The position numbers and the translations under genes are program-made. The notes beneath the pieces are model-generated. The model made no database searches, was not told where the DNA came from, and worked only from the letters and a program-made list of their open reading frames with translations. Shown here one piece after another: positions 1 to 11,830 of a DNA stretch of 64,000 nt (the first letter of the stretch is position 1; each line of letters begins with the position of its first letter). The stretch lies in contig NC_045696.1 in assembly GCF_009834535.1 (NCBI RefSeq), positions 33,606,001-33,670,000 on the forward strand, in the 5' to 3' direction. Source of the stretch: Camelus ferus. Its lineage: Eukaryota.

Positions 1-197
1 GAGTGTGGCTGTGCTCAAAGGCACATTTATTTATGCAGATTAAAATTTGTATTTTGTATCATTTTTACGTGCCACAATATATTATTCTTCTTCTGATTGT
101 TTTCAATGCCTTGAAAAATCATTTTGTAGTTTGTCGGTCTGCCAGAGGCAGACAGCAGGCCTCATTTGGCCTGCCATCGATAGCTTGTCAATCCCTG
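1..197. mobile_element. hAT-Charlie DNA transposon fossil, MER58B-like (truncated by window edge)
   Basis: GTGGCTGTG..TTTATTTATG..AAATTTG..ATATTATTCTTC and terminal ATTTGGCCTGCC..TAGCTTGTCAATCCCTG resemble the MER58B consensus end. Confidence 0.7.
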
Positions 198-715
198 ACC
201 TAGTTTAAAAAATGAGAAAATACTTCAGAAATATTTGGGACTAATACATGAAATCGTGTGGTATGTTTTATGGCAGAGTCTTTTTGATTTCAGTGATGCA
301 TGTGAATATTAATTTTCTTGTAAGAGTGTCCCTTAGAAGATAACTGTCATTAGTTATGACTAGTATCTAGACCTTTATTCCTACGTTCACATCAGGCCAG
401 ACTTTCACTCCCAGCTTAGATAATTGGGTTTACTGCATGCGATGGGAACCTGGAAAATGGCAATTCTCAGAGTCAATTCCTTTCTGGCAATCATTCAAGA
501 ATCCCAAGTGTAAGCCGTTTTTTGTTCCTTGGGGGAGCAACTGAGTATTCAAATGTAGAGAGTAAGAGGAGTGAATGAAGTACAGTTCTCATTGCTGAAA
601 AAGTGAATCTCCAAAACCATGGTCCACCTGATGGCTGAGGTGTCAGTAAATCTCCATGGGTAACTGTAGTTGTGAAAGCTGTCACTAACATCCTGAGATC
701 CTGTCCTACTTTCAG

Positions 716-768
716 GCATCTGGCTGCCAAAGTGCCATGATGCTGGGATTGAGGCACACGGCCTCCTC
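716..768 (+). other. Candidate 53-nt exon (unverified)
   Basis: Branch-like CACTAAC at 683-689, acceptor CTGTCCTACTTTCAG ending at 715, donor GTAAGT at 769-774. No recognisable peptide. Confidence 0.2.
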
Positions 769-2711
769 GTAAGTAGTATGGACGCGTAGACATGCTTATG
801 AAGTCATGAAAGGAAGCAATTCTATCAGATTGGGATCATGTCTAGTGGAAAGGGTACTTGGGTAAAAGGAATGTTCCATTGGTGGATTTATGAAATAATT
901 TAGAGAGTTCACAAATCTCTTCTAGTTTAGAGCCCCAAAATTGCTTAAAAAAGAGCTGGTAGAGCAAGATGTGTTTGTCTTTTATAAGTGGAATGTGGCA
1001 CCTGTTCATGGTTATGAACTTAAAGGTTACTCAGTACAGTGTGAGAAGTATTTGATGGTAATGAAAATATCAGTTTTAAACTTCTAGCACCTAAGAAGCA
1101 CTAATTCATTCTCTAGACTGGGAAGTCTCTCAGTTTTCCATTTCCTATGAAATGAATCAACTCATTACTCTGATTTATAATATGATACTAACATTGCATC
1201 AAATCTGTAATCTTTAACTGTAGACTACAATTCTAGAGTTTAAAAATCAGTTCAGTACATAAATGAAAGTTCGAAGTTGTACATATGTTATAGGAACAGT
1301 CACTGAACCTGAGTGGGTAAACTCTTAACTCATGTTTATCCTCTCATGCGATGTAATAAATAATGTCATTTAATATTTGGTCTTTTTAACAAATTTCTGT
1401 ACTTAAAAAAATGATGTTATACTTAATTTTTTAAAGAAACTCAAATCCATTTTGGAAGCAAGAGGCATATAATATCATTAAGAACATAAATTTAATTTTG
1501 TACTTCTCTAACATGGATCTATGATGCTAGATAGAATTATAAGGGAAATGACATATGTCCTATAGCAACAGCAAAGCAATCCTGACAAAAAACAAAGTCA
1601 AAATGCAGAAGGATTTCCTGTTTAACAAGTTCGCAAGCAACACCCCTTTTCTACCCAAATGTCTTGTATTTGAATATAATTTTATTTTCATTCCCTTACT
1701 GTAATCTCCTTTGCACACAGCAGAATGGCTAATGCCATCACTCGGTTTTACATTTGTTTTGCTTCCCACTGTTGAATGAACAATCAGTGTTTACAGATTA
1801 GCAGCAGTTGTAGGCTTCTGACTTTTACTCCTTTCAAACTGGCGAATGAGAATCATTTTATATTTGTTGCTCTGGCATTTTTGGAGTAGCGAGGACATTC
1901 ACAGTGCAATCCACTGTTATTCATACTGTTATAATTCCTTTGCAGTTAAGTCATTACTAGCAATCATAGCAGGCCTGTAGTACAATACCTTATTTGGGAA
2001 TGTCATGTGAGATGCCCAGAGCAATACAAAAAATAAAGGCCAACTTGTCTGGCTGAGGAGGGATTTGCTGCTAGCATCCCCGGCAGAGGGATCTTTTGGA
2101 AAGTCTTATGTGCTTCCAGGGGGCAGATCTCGTGAACCTGAGGTGGAGCAGGTGCCTTAGCCTCTGAGAAAAGGTGCTACGAAAATCCAACCACATGGCC
2201 CTTCTTTCAGAATTTATCAAAATTCCAGTTGTATTTCCTGTACACACAAGTCCTTAGCAGAAATTACTTTGATAGTTAAAGTATTAACCCAAGTGAGCAC
2301 AGATAAGCACAACCAAGAAGACACTAAGGACATTTAGCTAAACTCACCTCCTATTTCCCACCCTCCTTAGAAGCAAACTGGAAAGACAAGTTCACTTTCT
2401 TGCCTGCAGACCTGTATCTTTGAATGCTAGTAATTTGCTGGGAGAACTTATTTTGAAACAGTTCTTCCAAAGTAAAAGTGAAATGAGGGCCTTAATTTAT
2501 TAACCCCAAGGGCCTCAGGAATTTTATTTACGCTACCCTAGGTCAGTTTAACACCAAGCCTCATCTCAAGAGAGGATTTGGAATTTTTAAAGAAGTGGTT
2601 GCTCATAAAGAAAAACTCCAGAGGGAAAGAAAGCAAATGTGGGCATTCTAGAACAATTTCTCAAACCACCTAGTTAATCGAGTCACTTATCTTTTTCTCT
2701 ATGTGTCTTTA

Positions 2712-2762
2712 TGTGTGTGTGTGTGTGTGTACATGTGTGTGTGTGTGTATGTATGTGTGTGT
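2712..2762. repeat. Interrupted (TG)n microsatellite
   Basis: Directly visible TG run with interruptions. Confidence 0.95.
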
Positions 2763-2834
2763 GAGTGATTTATTGTTTCAATTAAAATGAAAATAATAAT
2801 ATCCTATCCAAGTGTGTGCTAAGGGAATAAATTA

Positions 2835-3020
2835 TTAATAATAACGAACATTTGTATAGCATCTTATGGCTTATAAATCTAAAATCAGTACATTTGACCC
2901 TCACCCCTAAAGATGAGATATGAAAAGAATGCATATAAATGAGAAAACAAAGCATGAGAGAGATTTAGTTATTTGGTTAAGTTCACAAAATATATAAAAT
3001 CATCATAACTTGATGTTCTT
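2835..3020 (-). mobile_element. Degenerate MIR SINE
   Basis: AATAATAACGAACATTTGTATAGC ... AAATGAGAAAACAAAGC ... TTAAGTTCACA matches the antisense MIR core pattern. Confidence 0.5.
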
Positions 3021-3449
3021 ACTAAATAGTCACTACTGTTTTCAAAATACTTACCAAAAAATATAAAATGTTTAGGTCACTTCAAAAGGAAAAAGGCTTG
3101 TCTAAGTGCAAAGCTAAAGGCCTTCTAAGTGCAAAATAATGTTTTCTGAGTCCTCTTAGTTATAAGAATTGGCAAGGATTTTGGAGAGCATCTCTAAGCT
3201 GCTGGCTGTACCAAACAAAGCTGAGAATTCTACCGACTTTCTGCAGTACGAAGGGCAACAGGTTTTTTCCAGACAACTGTGATGGATGCCAGATTTTTTA
3301 CTTAGATTTATTTAAAATTTCTGAATCAACTGAATAGATATGAAAGTCAGGACCCAACAAATAATGCTGACAAAAAATGGAGCAAGGATCAATTGTAACT
3401 GCAGTCCAGTATGCTTTACTCTTGTGTTCTCCATGGTGGGTATCCCCAT

Positions 3450-3900
3450 TTACCTGTGAATATATTTTACAGAATAAAAGGGACAGTGCAAACATTATTA
3501 AGAGGAAAGATCTTGACATGGGAGAATCCTCCTGGATTATCCTGGTTGGAGCAACCTAGTCATGAGTTCTTAAAAGTAAAGGGCCTTTCCAGACTGGATC
3601 AGAGATAGACACACAACAGCTAAAGAAAAGTCAGAGACACGTGATGCTTCTGGCTCTCAAGACGGAGGAAGGGGCCATGAGCCAAAGACGCTGGCGAGCT
3701 ACAGAAGCTGGAGAAGGGAAGAACTCGGATTCTCCCCTAGAGCCTCTAGAAAGAACGTAGGCCTGCCCACACCTTGATTGTTAGCACAGTGAGACCTTTG
3801 TCGAACTTCTAAATGACAAAACTAAAAAAAAAAAAAGTGAGGTGTTTCAAGCCACTATATTTGTGGTAACTGGTTACAGCAGCAATAAAACCACAAACAC
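3450..3900 (+). mobile_element. MaLR solo LTR, MLT1D-like
   Basis: GATCTTGACATGGGAGAATCCTCCTGGATTATCC, GGAGGAAGGGGCCATGAGCCA, GATTCTCCCCTAGAGCCTC and AAGCCACTATATTTGTGGTAAC..TTACAGCAGCAATA are characteristic MLT1 blocks. Confidence 0.85.
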
Positions 3901-6650
3901 TAGTAAATGCTCTCTTTTCTTAAACCTCTGAATTTACTGTTAAACCTGTAATGTTCAAAGTTATGTCTGTTATTTTGAGTGGAATCCAGATAGTGCATCA
4001 AAAAAATAATACAGAAAGTACTCACATAATAGACAGGTAAAGAAAATCATAATAAGGCTAAAAAGAAAATCACAAAAAGGCATTACTGATTCACTCTGAG
4101 ATTATTCTTTTGATCACGTGTTTTGACTAAATTGTTTTATACCATCTTACACTAAAGTTGTGCTTTCCATTTCATTGGGCGATTTTTACATCACGCCTTC
4201 TCTGAGAACTGAAAAAAACTGATTAAATGAGTGTTTTATTCATTTTATGACTAACATTTGTTTGACTTGTTTTTTTTTTCTTTTCATCATATTGGATGCA
4301 TGTATTTTCTTGAATCAGCAATGACTTTGACATCAAACTTACTGTCTACAGAAGCACTAAGATTGATCATCGCCCACAATAACATGATATGAAGATACGT
4401 GGAGTGGTATAACTGGCTACTTGGTCAGTTTCTTTGCATTAAATCTGCCTTCTCTAATATAATGGACTGCTGTTTTTGAATTCTGGAAAAGAAGTGACTC
4501 TCATGTGAGGATTTTTATAAAGAAGATTTCCCTATCATCTGACTTTTCTGTCTGCATTTTTGAGGGATTATACTTACAAAGCACTTGAGAAGAATATTGA
4601 AAATCATCAATGAACTGGGAGGCCACGGTTATATTTATAGTTAATGTTGTGTATCACATTTACAGAGGACTTCCTATCTTCACATATGTTTGACCTGGCT
4701 GGCTCACTGGTTATATAGATCTTGATCTATTTCAATCCTACTCTGAGACTATAACGAAGTGAACTTAAATATTTCACATGCCACATTTTCAGCAATATAT
4801 ACAAATGCATAAAAGGGCTTGTTCCAGGACATTGAAATACCACTCAAATTCTTTTTACTTACTCCTTACACAGATGGAATTCAAAAACATGTGGAACAAT
4901 CAACTGCTCCAGGCAAATGTATATGGATTTAGAAAACCATCATTTAATATGTTATTTTTTTCTTAGCTAGAATTACTATGGCATGGCTTATAGCCTCAAT
5001 TTAAACTGAGTTCAGTTATTCCATGGGTATACTTGCCTTTTGTGTTGCAAAAATTCCATTTTTTTTCCAGTTCATCTAAAGTGCCCATGTTTTGTGGAGT
5101 TATTTCACAATAAATATATTCACAGGTCACTCATGTATAGATTAGTATGCCAGTGAATTAAAGCACACTGAGAAATGTGCTGTCGTCCAATCTGCAATAA
5201 TGAAATTAACTAGTCGGAAAAGTCTCACCTCTAAAGGATGGAGTGCTTAGAAGGGAAATCTAATGAACACGGGAAGGCTGTTCTAGTGAACACAGATGAA
5301 TCTTTTTTACTGAGTAGCTCCCCTTGAGGTTTTTCTGGTCTAATCCCTCACATGGAGAAAATCACAGTCCAAAGATATTGAGCCCAGGGTATCTGGGAAG
5401 AGCTGAGTAAACAACATTGGCATTAAATATTTGTGGCAGCTGACTTTTTACAAACAACCAAGTGAATAATCCATTCAGACTTAGTGAAGACTTGAATGAG
5501 AATGAACTATCCTAAGAGCTTGACACAGAAGATTTAAGTGACTTCTAACAGGTAATTCACTGAGCGAAGCATGGAATTTAGTATGCTTTTTCACAGTCTT
5601 TTCTCAGAGGAAGATTTACTAAAATCCATGCTCATGATCATGATGATGATGTAAGACACTAGAAACACTTAGATTTGTGTATTGAATTGTCTAGGATCGC
5701 ACACCAGTTAATCTAAATCTGTGTCTATTGCTCTCAACTATAGGCAACACAAAATTGCACTTTTTATCTTAACATCTACTGTCAGCACTTTTTATCTCCA
5801 CCATGAGAACATCCTAAAGGTAGATCAAAACACTTTCTTGAACAACATTGCATAAATTTAACTCTGGTTATTTTTCCATGTTCTGTATTCCAAGAACATG
5901 CATCTATGTTACTGCCTTAATGTTTAAAAGTAATGTGTTACAACTAATTAATTTATGGCTTATGTCATATTATTTTTATTTTACTCTTGCTGACACAAGA
6001 TTTCAAAAAGAGCTTAACCAGTTTCCTCAATCTATTTTTTGTTATGTCCCCTCCGTGATCATAAAATTCACAGGCTCCTACTGCCTTCAAAGACATTGAA
6101 GGGCCAAATTTCATCTCCACAGCCCTGCCTCTATTCATAAAACATGCCCTCTATGGCCACAAAACTCTTTTCAAGGGTTCATATTTCTATAGTTGAATTC
6201 CCCAAATAAATATTGTGAAACTATAATAAAATTGCCTTATTTAACCACACAGATATATTCTGCCCTCTGCCTGCACCCACAACGGGCATTCCTCTCATTG
6301 GAATCACTGTAATCCCTTGATGGAATGAATCTATAAAGTGGTTTAGTTCTACCAGCAACATATCTGCCACCATCTGTGATAGCTAACCAGCATTTATCAT
6401 ACTCTTACTATACATTATATTATGTACCAAGAACTTCATGTATATTTATTTATTTTAGAGACGCAGCCTAAGAGGTTTAAAGATGTTAAGTATCAGTGCC
6501 CAAGTTAATAAATATGAATCAATTGGGAACTCAGGGGCCATATTCCAGTTTGGGGCTCTAACAGTTATTCTAACACCACCATCAGGTGACCTTGTAAGGA
6601 AAACAAAGAGGCACATTATAAATCAACTTGGTTAAATTAAGGCAATGGTC

Positions 6651-6820
6651 AGGGTGGGAGGCTATATAGGTCAGTGGCAGAGCACATGCTTAACATGCAC
6701 GAAGTCCTGGGTTCAATCCCCAGTACCTCCATTAAAATAAATAAGTAAGTAAATAAGACTAATTACCTCCCCTCAAAACAAAAAATAAAACAAAGAATAA
6801 ATAAAATAAAATATTTTTTA
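6651..6820 (+). mobile_element. tRNA-Ala-derived SINE (camelid Vic-1-like)
   Basis: Head resembles tRNA-Ala(AGC), with degenerate A box, B box GGTTCAATCCC and A-rich tail. 17-bp TSD AAATTAAGGCAA(T/A)GGTC at 6634-6650 and 6821-6837. Confidence 0.85.
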
Positions 6821-6879
6821 AAATTAAGGCAAAGGTCTCCTAAAATTTCTCCCAGAATTTGCCTTTACTTGTCTATAAC

Positions 6880-7492
6880 CTAATCTCAAAATTACCACCA
6901 TTGGGATCCTTTTAAAGCATAAATCAGGTGGTCTTAGCCAAGTGTTCCAAACCACCCGGTGGCTCGCTCAGAGGTGGCCTGTCTGTGTGCACTGATCTGC
7001 AAAGTCTTCTGCAGTCTGGCCCCTGGACCACTCTGACTTCATGTCCTATCACCATCCACTCTGGTTCATGCTGTTCTTTACACACAACAATCACTGTCCT
7101 GCTTTTCCACCGTCTGTCCTTTCTACCTAGAATGCTCTTTCCCCAGACACTGGTATGATGAATAGCCTCATGTCCTCCTCCATATCTTTGTTCAAATATT
7201 ACCTTCTCCATAATGCTATCTAAACTTGGAATCTTCCCCACCCTAGGTCCTGGCACGCCCAATACTCATTCTTCCCTATTCTTTTTCATTCATAGCACTT
7301 ATCACTACATACTTTTAAAAATCATTTACTTTTTATAATACACATTGCTCTACTAGATTGTAAACTCCATAAGAGCAGATTTCTGTTTTGTATTTGGAGG
7401 GCAATCTCTTTTGTTTACTTATGTATGCAAAATTCCTAAGGGACATAATAGGCACCGAGTAATGTTTGTTGAATGAATGAATAAATGAATAA
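6880..7492 (+). mobile_element. L2 LINE 3' fragment
   Basis: CTACCTAGAATGCTCTTTCCCCAGA, CTAGATTGTAAACTCCATAAGAGCAG and terminal TGTTTGTTGAATGAATGAATAAATGAAT. Confidence 0.8.
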
Positions 7493-8559
7493 CCTTTTCA
7501 TCTTCATTACATATGTTTTCTGAGTTCCTATAACTCAGGCAAAAGCTTTGCAGCATTCACTTGTACTACGTTTTCTAAGGTCTTTGTAAAGAGATCTTCA
7601 CACGGATCCATTTTTTATCATCATCTCACATTCAGGAATCATGCAGATACAGCAACGTTCTAATTTTATTTTTCCATGTTGAAAATAAGAATGGCAATCA
7701 GAGTTTCTGCATTAACCTTCTGTGAGCCAGGATCTTATGAATTTTGCTGTCTTTTTTTTATTTTAATTTTTTTTGGTCAAATGTGATTTATATAAGGGGG
7801 ATTTTTTAAAGAATGTATACATTAAAACAACATTATGGAAAACAAACTTGGCTGCTCTTTTCCATGTCACTGATTGAACATAACTATAGTCAGCTGTTCA
7901 CATAAGTGTATGTGACAACTTCAAGAAGAATTCTGCCAGAAGTGTTGAAAGAATTCTGCAAAAAATTCAAATATCCTATAAAAGACTGTGTAGGGAGAGT
8001 GTAGGATGGACCTGTACTTGTTCATCACAAATACATGAATTCAAAGCTTCTATTTTTCTAAAGATCGTAGCTATTTTTCATATGGATTGTAGGATTTTAG
8101 TATGAGGCTATCTGGGACCATGTAGGGTTTATATTTCCTACTAACACCAAAAATATGGCATGTCTCTCTGAATCCTATTTTATAATCACTCCTAATAAAT
8201 CATTTGAGATCATACTGCCATGTAGAAGAATCACTTTTAATTCTAGTTAGTGTTAATCAACATCAGTGCTGTTAAATATTTTCTCTAAGATGGGTTCATT
8301 CACAATTTTTTTGAAGATTACTTTCACTCCAGTAGTACCACATTTCTTACTTTATAATGATAATAGACATCTTTCACTTTATTGATCACCCAGCTGCTGA
8401 ACCACTTTTAGGACTGGGATATTCACTCCCCACAACAGAATTTAAAGATGTCCAAAAAAGTTATTCCCAAGTCCCTTGTGGTGAAGATACAGGCACATGA
8501 TGTAGATTTTGCCAAACAAATGCCTCCATCACAGACTTTGAACTTGAAATAATAACAAA

Positions 8560-8905
8560 AAGATTCAGGGGTCACACAGAATCCTGCTTGGTGATGAGAA
8601 ACAGAGACAGCAGAAGCAGCAGCTACGTTCAGTTTCCAAAGGCAGTTGTAGTAACATGCAGAACATGAGTGTCTAGAGTGGGTGAGGTAGGCACTGTGCA
8701 TGGCAGTATCCAGAGCCCAGTGGCAGTCACTGGTGTCATTACCAGTCTCTGAGTGATGGGTGGATAAACTTCAGCCTTGTTCTCTGAGCTCCCCGGAGAT
8801 TTTTGGGTACCACTCCATGCCTTCTCAAAACATTGTTTTTGGTTTAAATCAACTAGATCCATTTCTGTTTCCTTCTTCTAAAAATCTAGTCGGCCATGCT
8901 AATAA
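8560..8905 (+). mobile_element. Old ERVL/MaLR-type LTR 3' fragment
   Basis: GGTTTAAATCAACTAGATCCATTTCTGTTTC resembles the U5 end shared by old ERVL/MaLR LTRs. Family uncertain. Confidence 0.4.
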
Positions 8906-9624
8906 ATTTGTATTATTAGTATAATAATTAACATTTAACAGTGATTCATATTTCTATGCATTAAAATGTTTATAAACTATATTTAGGTTGCCCCCCCCCA
9001 AGATTATAAGCATGTTCTAGCCATCTTTCAATTTCATTATTTAATATTTAGATATAACCTAGTAAAATGACTAGTAAAAGCAATGTACAAAGGGTGCATT
9101 GCGTGATGATCAGTATTCATGTGTTCACCAGCATAATTGTGGAGCAATCACAGTCTTCATAAAAAGTTTTATAAACACACAAATCTATTGGGTAATCAGA
9201 ATTTAATTTCTCAAAGTGGGATCACTATAGTGTAGACAACTAGATCCTCTCATCTTCAAATATCAAGTCTTCAAAATAATGGAGAGGGTACTCTACTGGG
9301 ACTCAGGATATACAATTTTTAATATCACTATTATCATTACTATAAGCCAAACATCCTCCTTTTGAGAAAAGGTCTTAGAATTCTTAATCTATACATTTTC
9401 CATGAAATGGACATCAACGAATTGATACTGTTTACAGTGTTGAATGAGTCTCCTATTTAAGTAAAAACACATGAAGTATTATAAAATGTTAATATTTGTT
9501 AATCTATTTTGTTGTGTCTGTTATATAGAGGTCTGCTGTATATATAGATTCATAAGTTTTCATTGTAATATTTCATATTAAAATTTTAAAAATATTTTTA
9601 AATAAATTGATTCAAGAGAATGAA

Positions 9625-10370
9625 TCATTTTCTTCCATTCCTCTTTATTCATTCATCTGTAGACAGACACAATGTTGTTTCCAGGCCTTGGCTGTTATGA
9701 CTAATGATGCAGTGAAAATGGGGATGCAGAATTCTCTTTGAGATCCTGATTTTATTTCTTTAGGCTATATATCCAGAAGTGAAAATACTAGATTATATGA
9801 TAGTTGTATTTTTAATTTTTTGAGGAAACTTCATACTGTTTTCTATAGTGTATGCATCAGTTGACATTCCCACAAAAGGTGCACAAGGGTTCTCTTTGCT
9901 TCACAGATTTGTCAACACTTTTTATCCCTTGTCTTATTTTTTTTTTTTTGGATCATTGATTATTTTTTTTAATTGAAGTACAGTTAGTTAAAATGTGTCA
10001 TTTTCTGGTGTACAGCATAATGTTTCAGTCATACCCATACATATGTATATTCATTTTCATATTCTTTTTCATTATAGGTTGAATATAGTTCCCTTGTCTT
10101 TTTGACGATGGTCATTCTAACATATTTGAACTGATACTCCATTGTGGTTTAGATTTGTGTTTCCCTGATGACTGGTGATACGTATCTTTCCATGCACCTG
10201 TTGGCCATTTGTATGTCTTCTTTGGAAAAACATTTATTTCCTCTGCCTATTTCTAATTAGATTTTTTTTCTGCTATTGAGTCATATGAGTTCCTTATATA
10301 TTGTGGATGTTAACCTCTTATCAGATATACGATCTGCAAATATTTTCTCCCATTTCATGGGTTGCCTTAT
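9625..10370 (-). mobile_element. Older L1 (ORF2 C-terminal/3' region) interrupted by a younger L1 3' end
   Basis: Antisense L1 blocks: TTTTTGAGGAAACTTCATACTGTT, TTGGCCATTTGTATGTCTTCTTTGGAAAAA and GCAAATATTTTCTCCCATT. Confidence 0.85.
9936..10089 (-). mobile_element. Short younger L1 3' terminus nested in an older L1
   Basis: Same 3'-end sequence type as the L1 at 28009. 11-bp TSD TCCCTTGTCTT at 9925-9935 and 10090-10100. Confidence 0.8.
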
Positions 10371-11790
10371 TTATTAAGTCAAATTAAAAGACAGTCAACT
10401 CTTTGGAAATGCTTAAGGTAATACTTTGTTTTGATCAGTCTAGTCAACTGTTAAAACAAATCAGTATTGAGAGTAGAGTAAATAATGGTTAGTTATCAGT
10501 TTTACATTTGATTTACACTGAATATTTCCACAGGTCTACAGATGTTCATTTTGTTGCTAGCTGCCCAACAGTCCACATACCCAGGGCAAATAACCAGTGT
10601 AGAATGGGGATGTCTCATAGCCAAATAATTTAAGCTGCCTTTCTATGTTCTTATTTTTTTTTTTAATTCTTTATTCTTTTTGACAATTTCTGGCTAACAT
10701 GTTCTGTATTGTGATTGCTAACAGAAATTTTTGTCCTAAAATTCAGAAAGTCAGTAAACTTGTGACTTCAGTTTCCTCATAAGTAAAATCATAAAGTTAG
10801 ACTGATGCATCTTTAAGTTTCCTTCCAGGTCCAGAACTTTATAAATTAACTACAGAATTACGTTTTGCTTCTCTTCTTTCCACCCCAAATTAAACTAATC
10901 CTATACATAATTAAATGTTGACTATCATGAATGATTAGATAATTAGATAGGTAATATTAGCATAATAGAAACAATTTAGCTAATTACCTTAATCAGCTAA
11001 ATAATTTAGCTAATAAGCTAATTCAACATTTTCTAATTTGTGTCTCTTATTTACAGATAAAACTCACGTGTTATTCTTATAACACAATTATCTGAGATGC
11101 TGTAAAACTATTAAGGAGCTCAAACATGGTTAAAAAGATGAATGAATCAATGAATATTCCTTTAAAAGTAATATGCACATGTTTCAGTCATCTGTCACTA
11201 AAAACGAGTGCTCAATATTCTTATCATAAAGGTATGATTTATAATAATTTATAATTTTAGTTTTAGAACAATGAACAAATTGTCACTGACCTGGTCAAAT
11301 CAACTTTTCATAGTGACTATAATAAAATTTATCTATTTGCCATTTTTATTCAAATGCTTTAGAGACCTATTTGCTCATTTAGGAATAACAAGTTGTGAAA
11401 CACAGTTCAAATAAGAAAATAGAATAAATAGTTTCCCTATACATAGAGTGAATGATTGAAGTTTAAATAAGAATTTGATCTTGGACATTTGGGAAATCCA
11501 TTTTTTTTTCACTTTGCTTTTCTAACTAAATCAATATTATTAGGCCAAAAACATGTTTAAATGACAAAGAATGAGCTAAGTAATATACTTTAGATCTCAA
11601 GTGCTGAGAAAGTTTTGTTGCTTCCATGTTGTTCTTCATTTTCTGTTGTCAGTGCCACTCACGGTTTTTAAAAAGCTTCATCTCTGAGTGTACACATGTG
11701 CTGATTGATTCAATTCATGAGAATGATCCATATATATATTCATATATACCTATATCTATATATATCTAGATAGATGAGATTACTATATTA

Positions 11791-11830
11791 CTTTATATAT
11801 ATCTATATCTAGATATAGATATATATAAAG
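11791..11830. repeat. Perfect 40-bp palindrome in a TA-rich low-complexity tract
   Basis: CTTTATATATATCTATATCT|AGATATAGATATATATAAAG is its own reverse complement. Confidence 0.95.

Noticed and set aside
1902..1925. CAGTGCAAT miR-130/301-like start
   Set aside because: The downstream sequence does not match the mature miRNAs and there is no convincing hairpin.
6655..6731. Possible tRNA-Ala gene (also 14135-14209)
   Set aside because: Mutated A box and stems, A-rich tail and TSDs indicate SINE copies, not functional tRNA genes.
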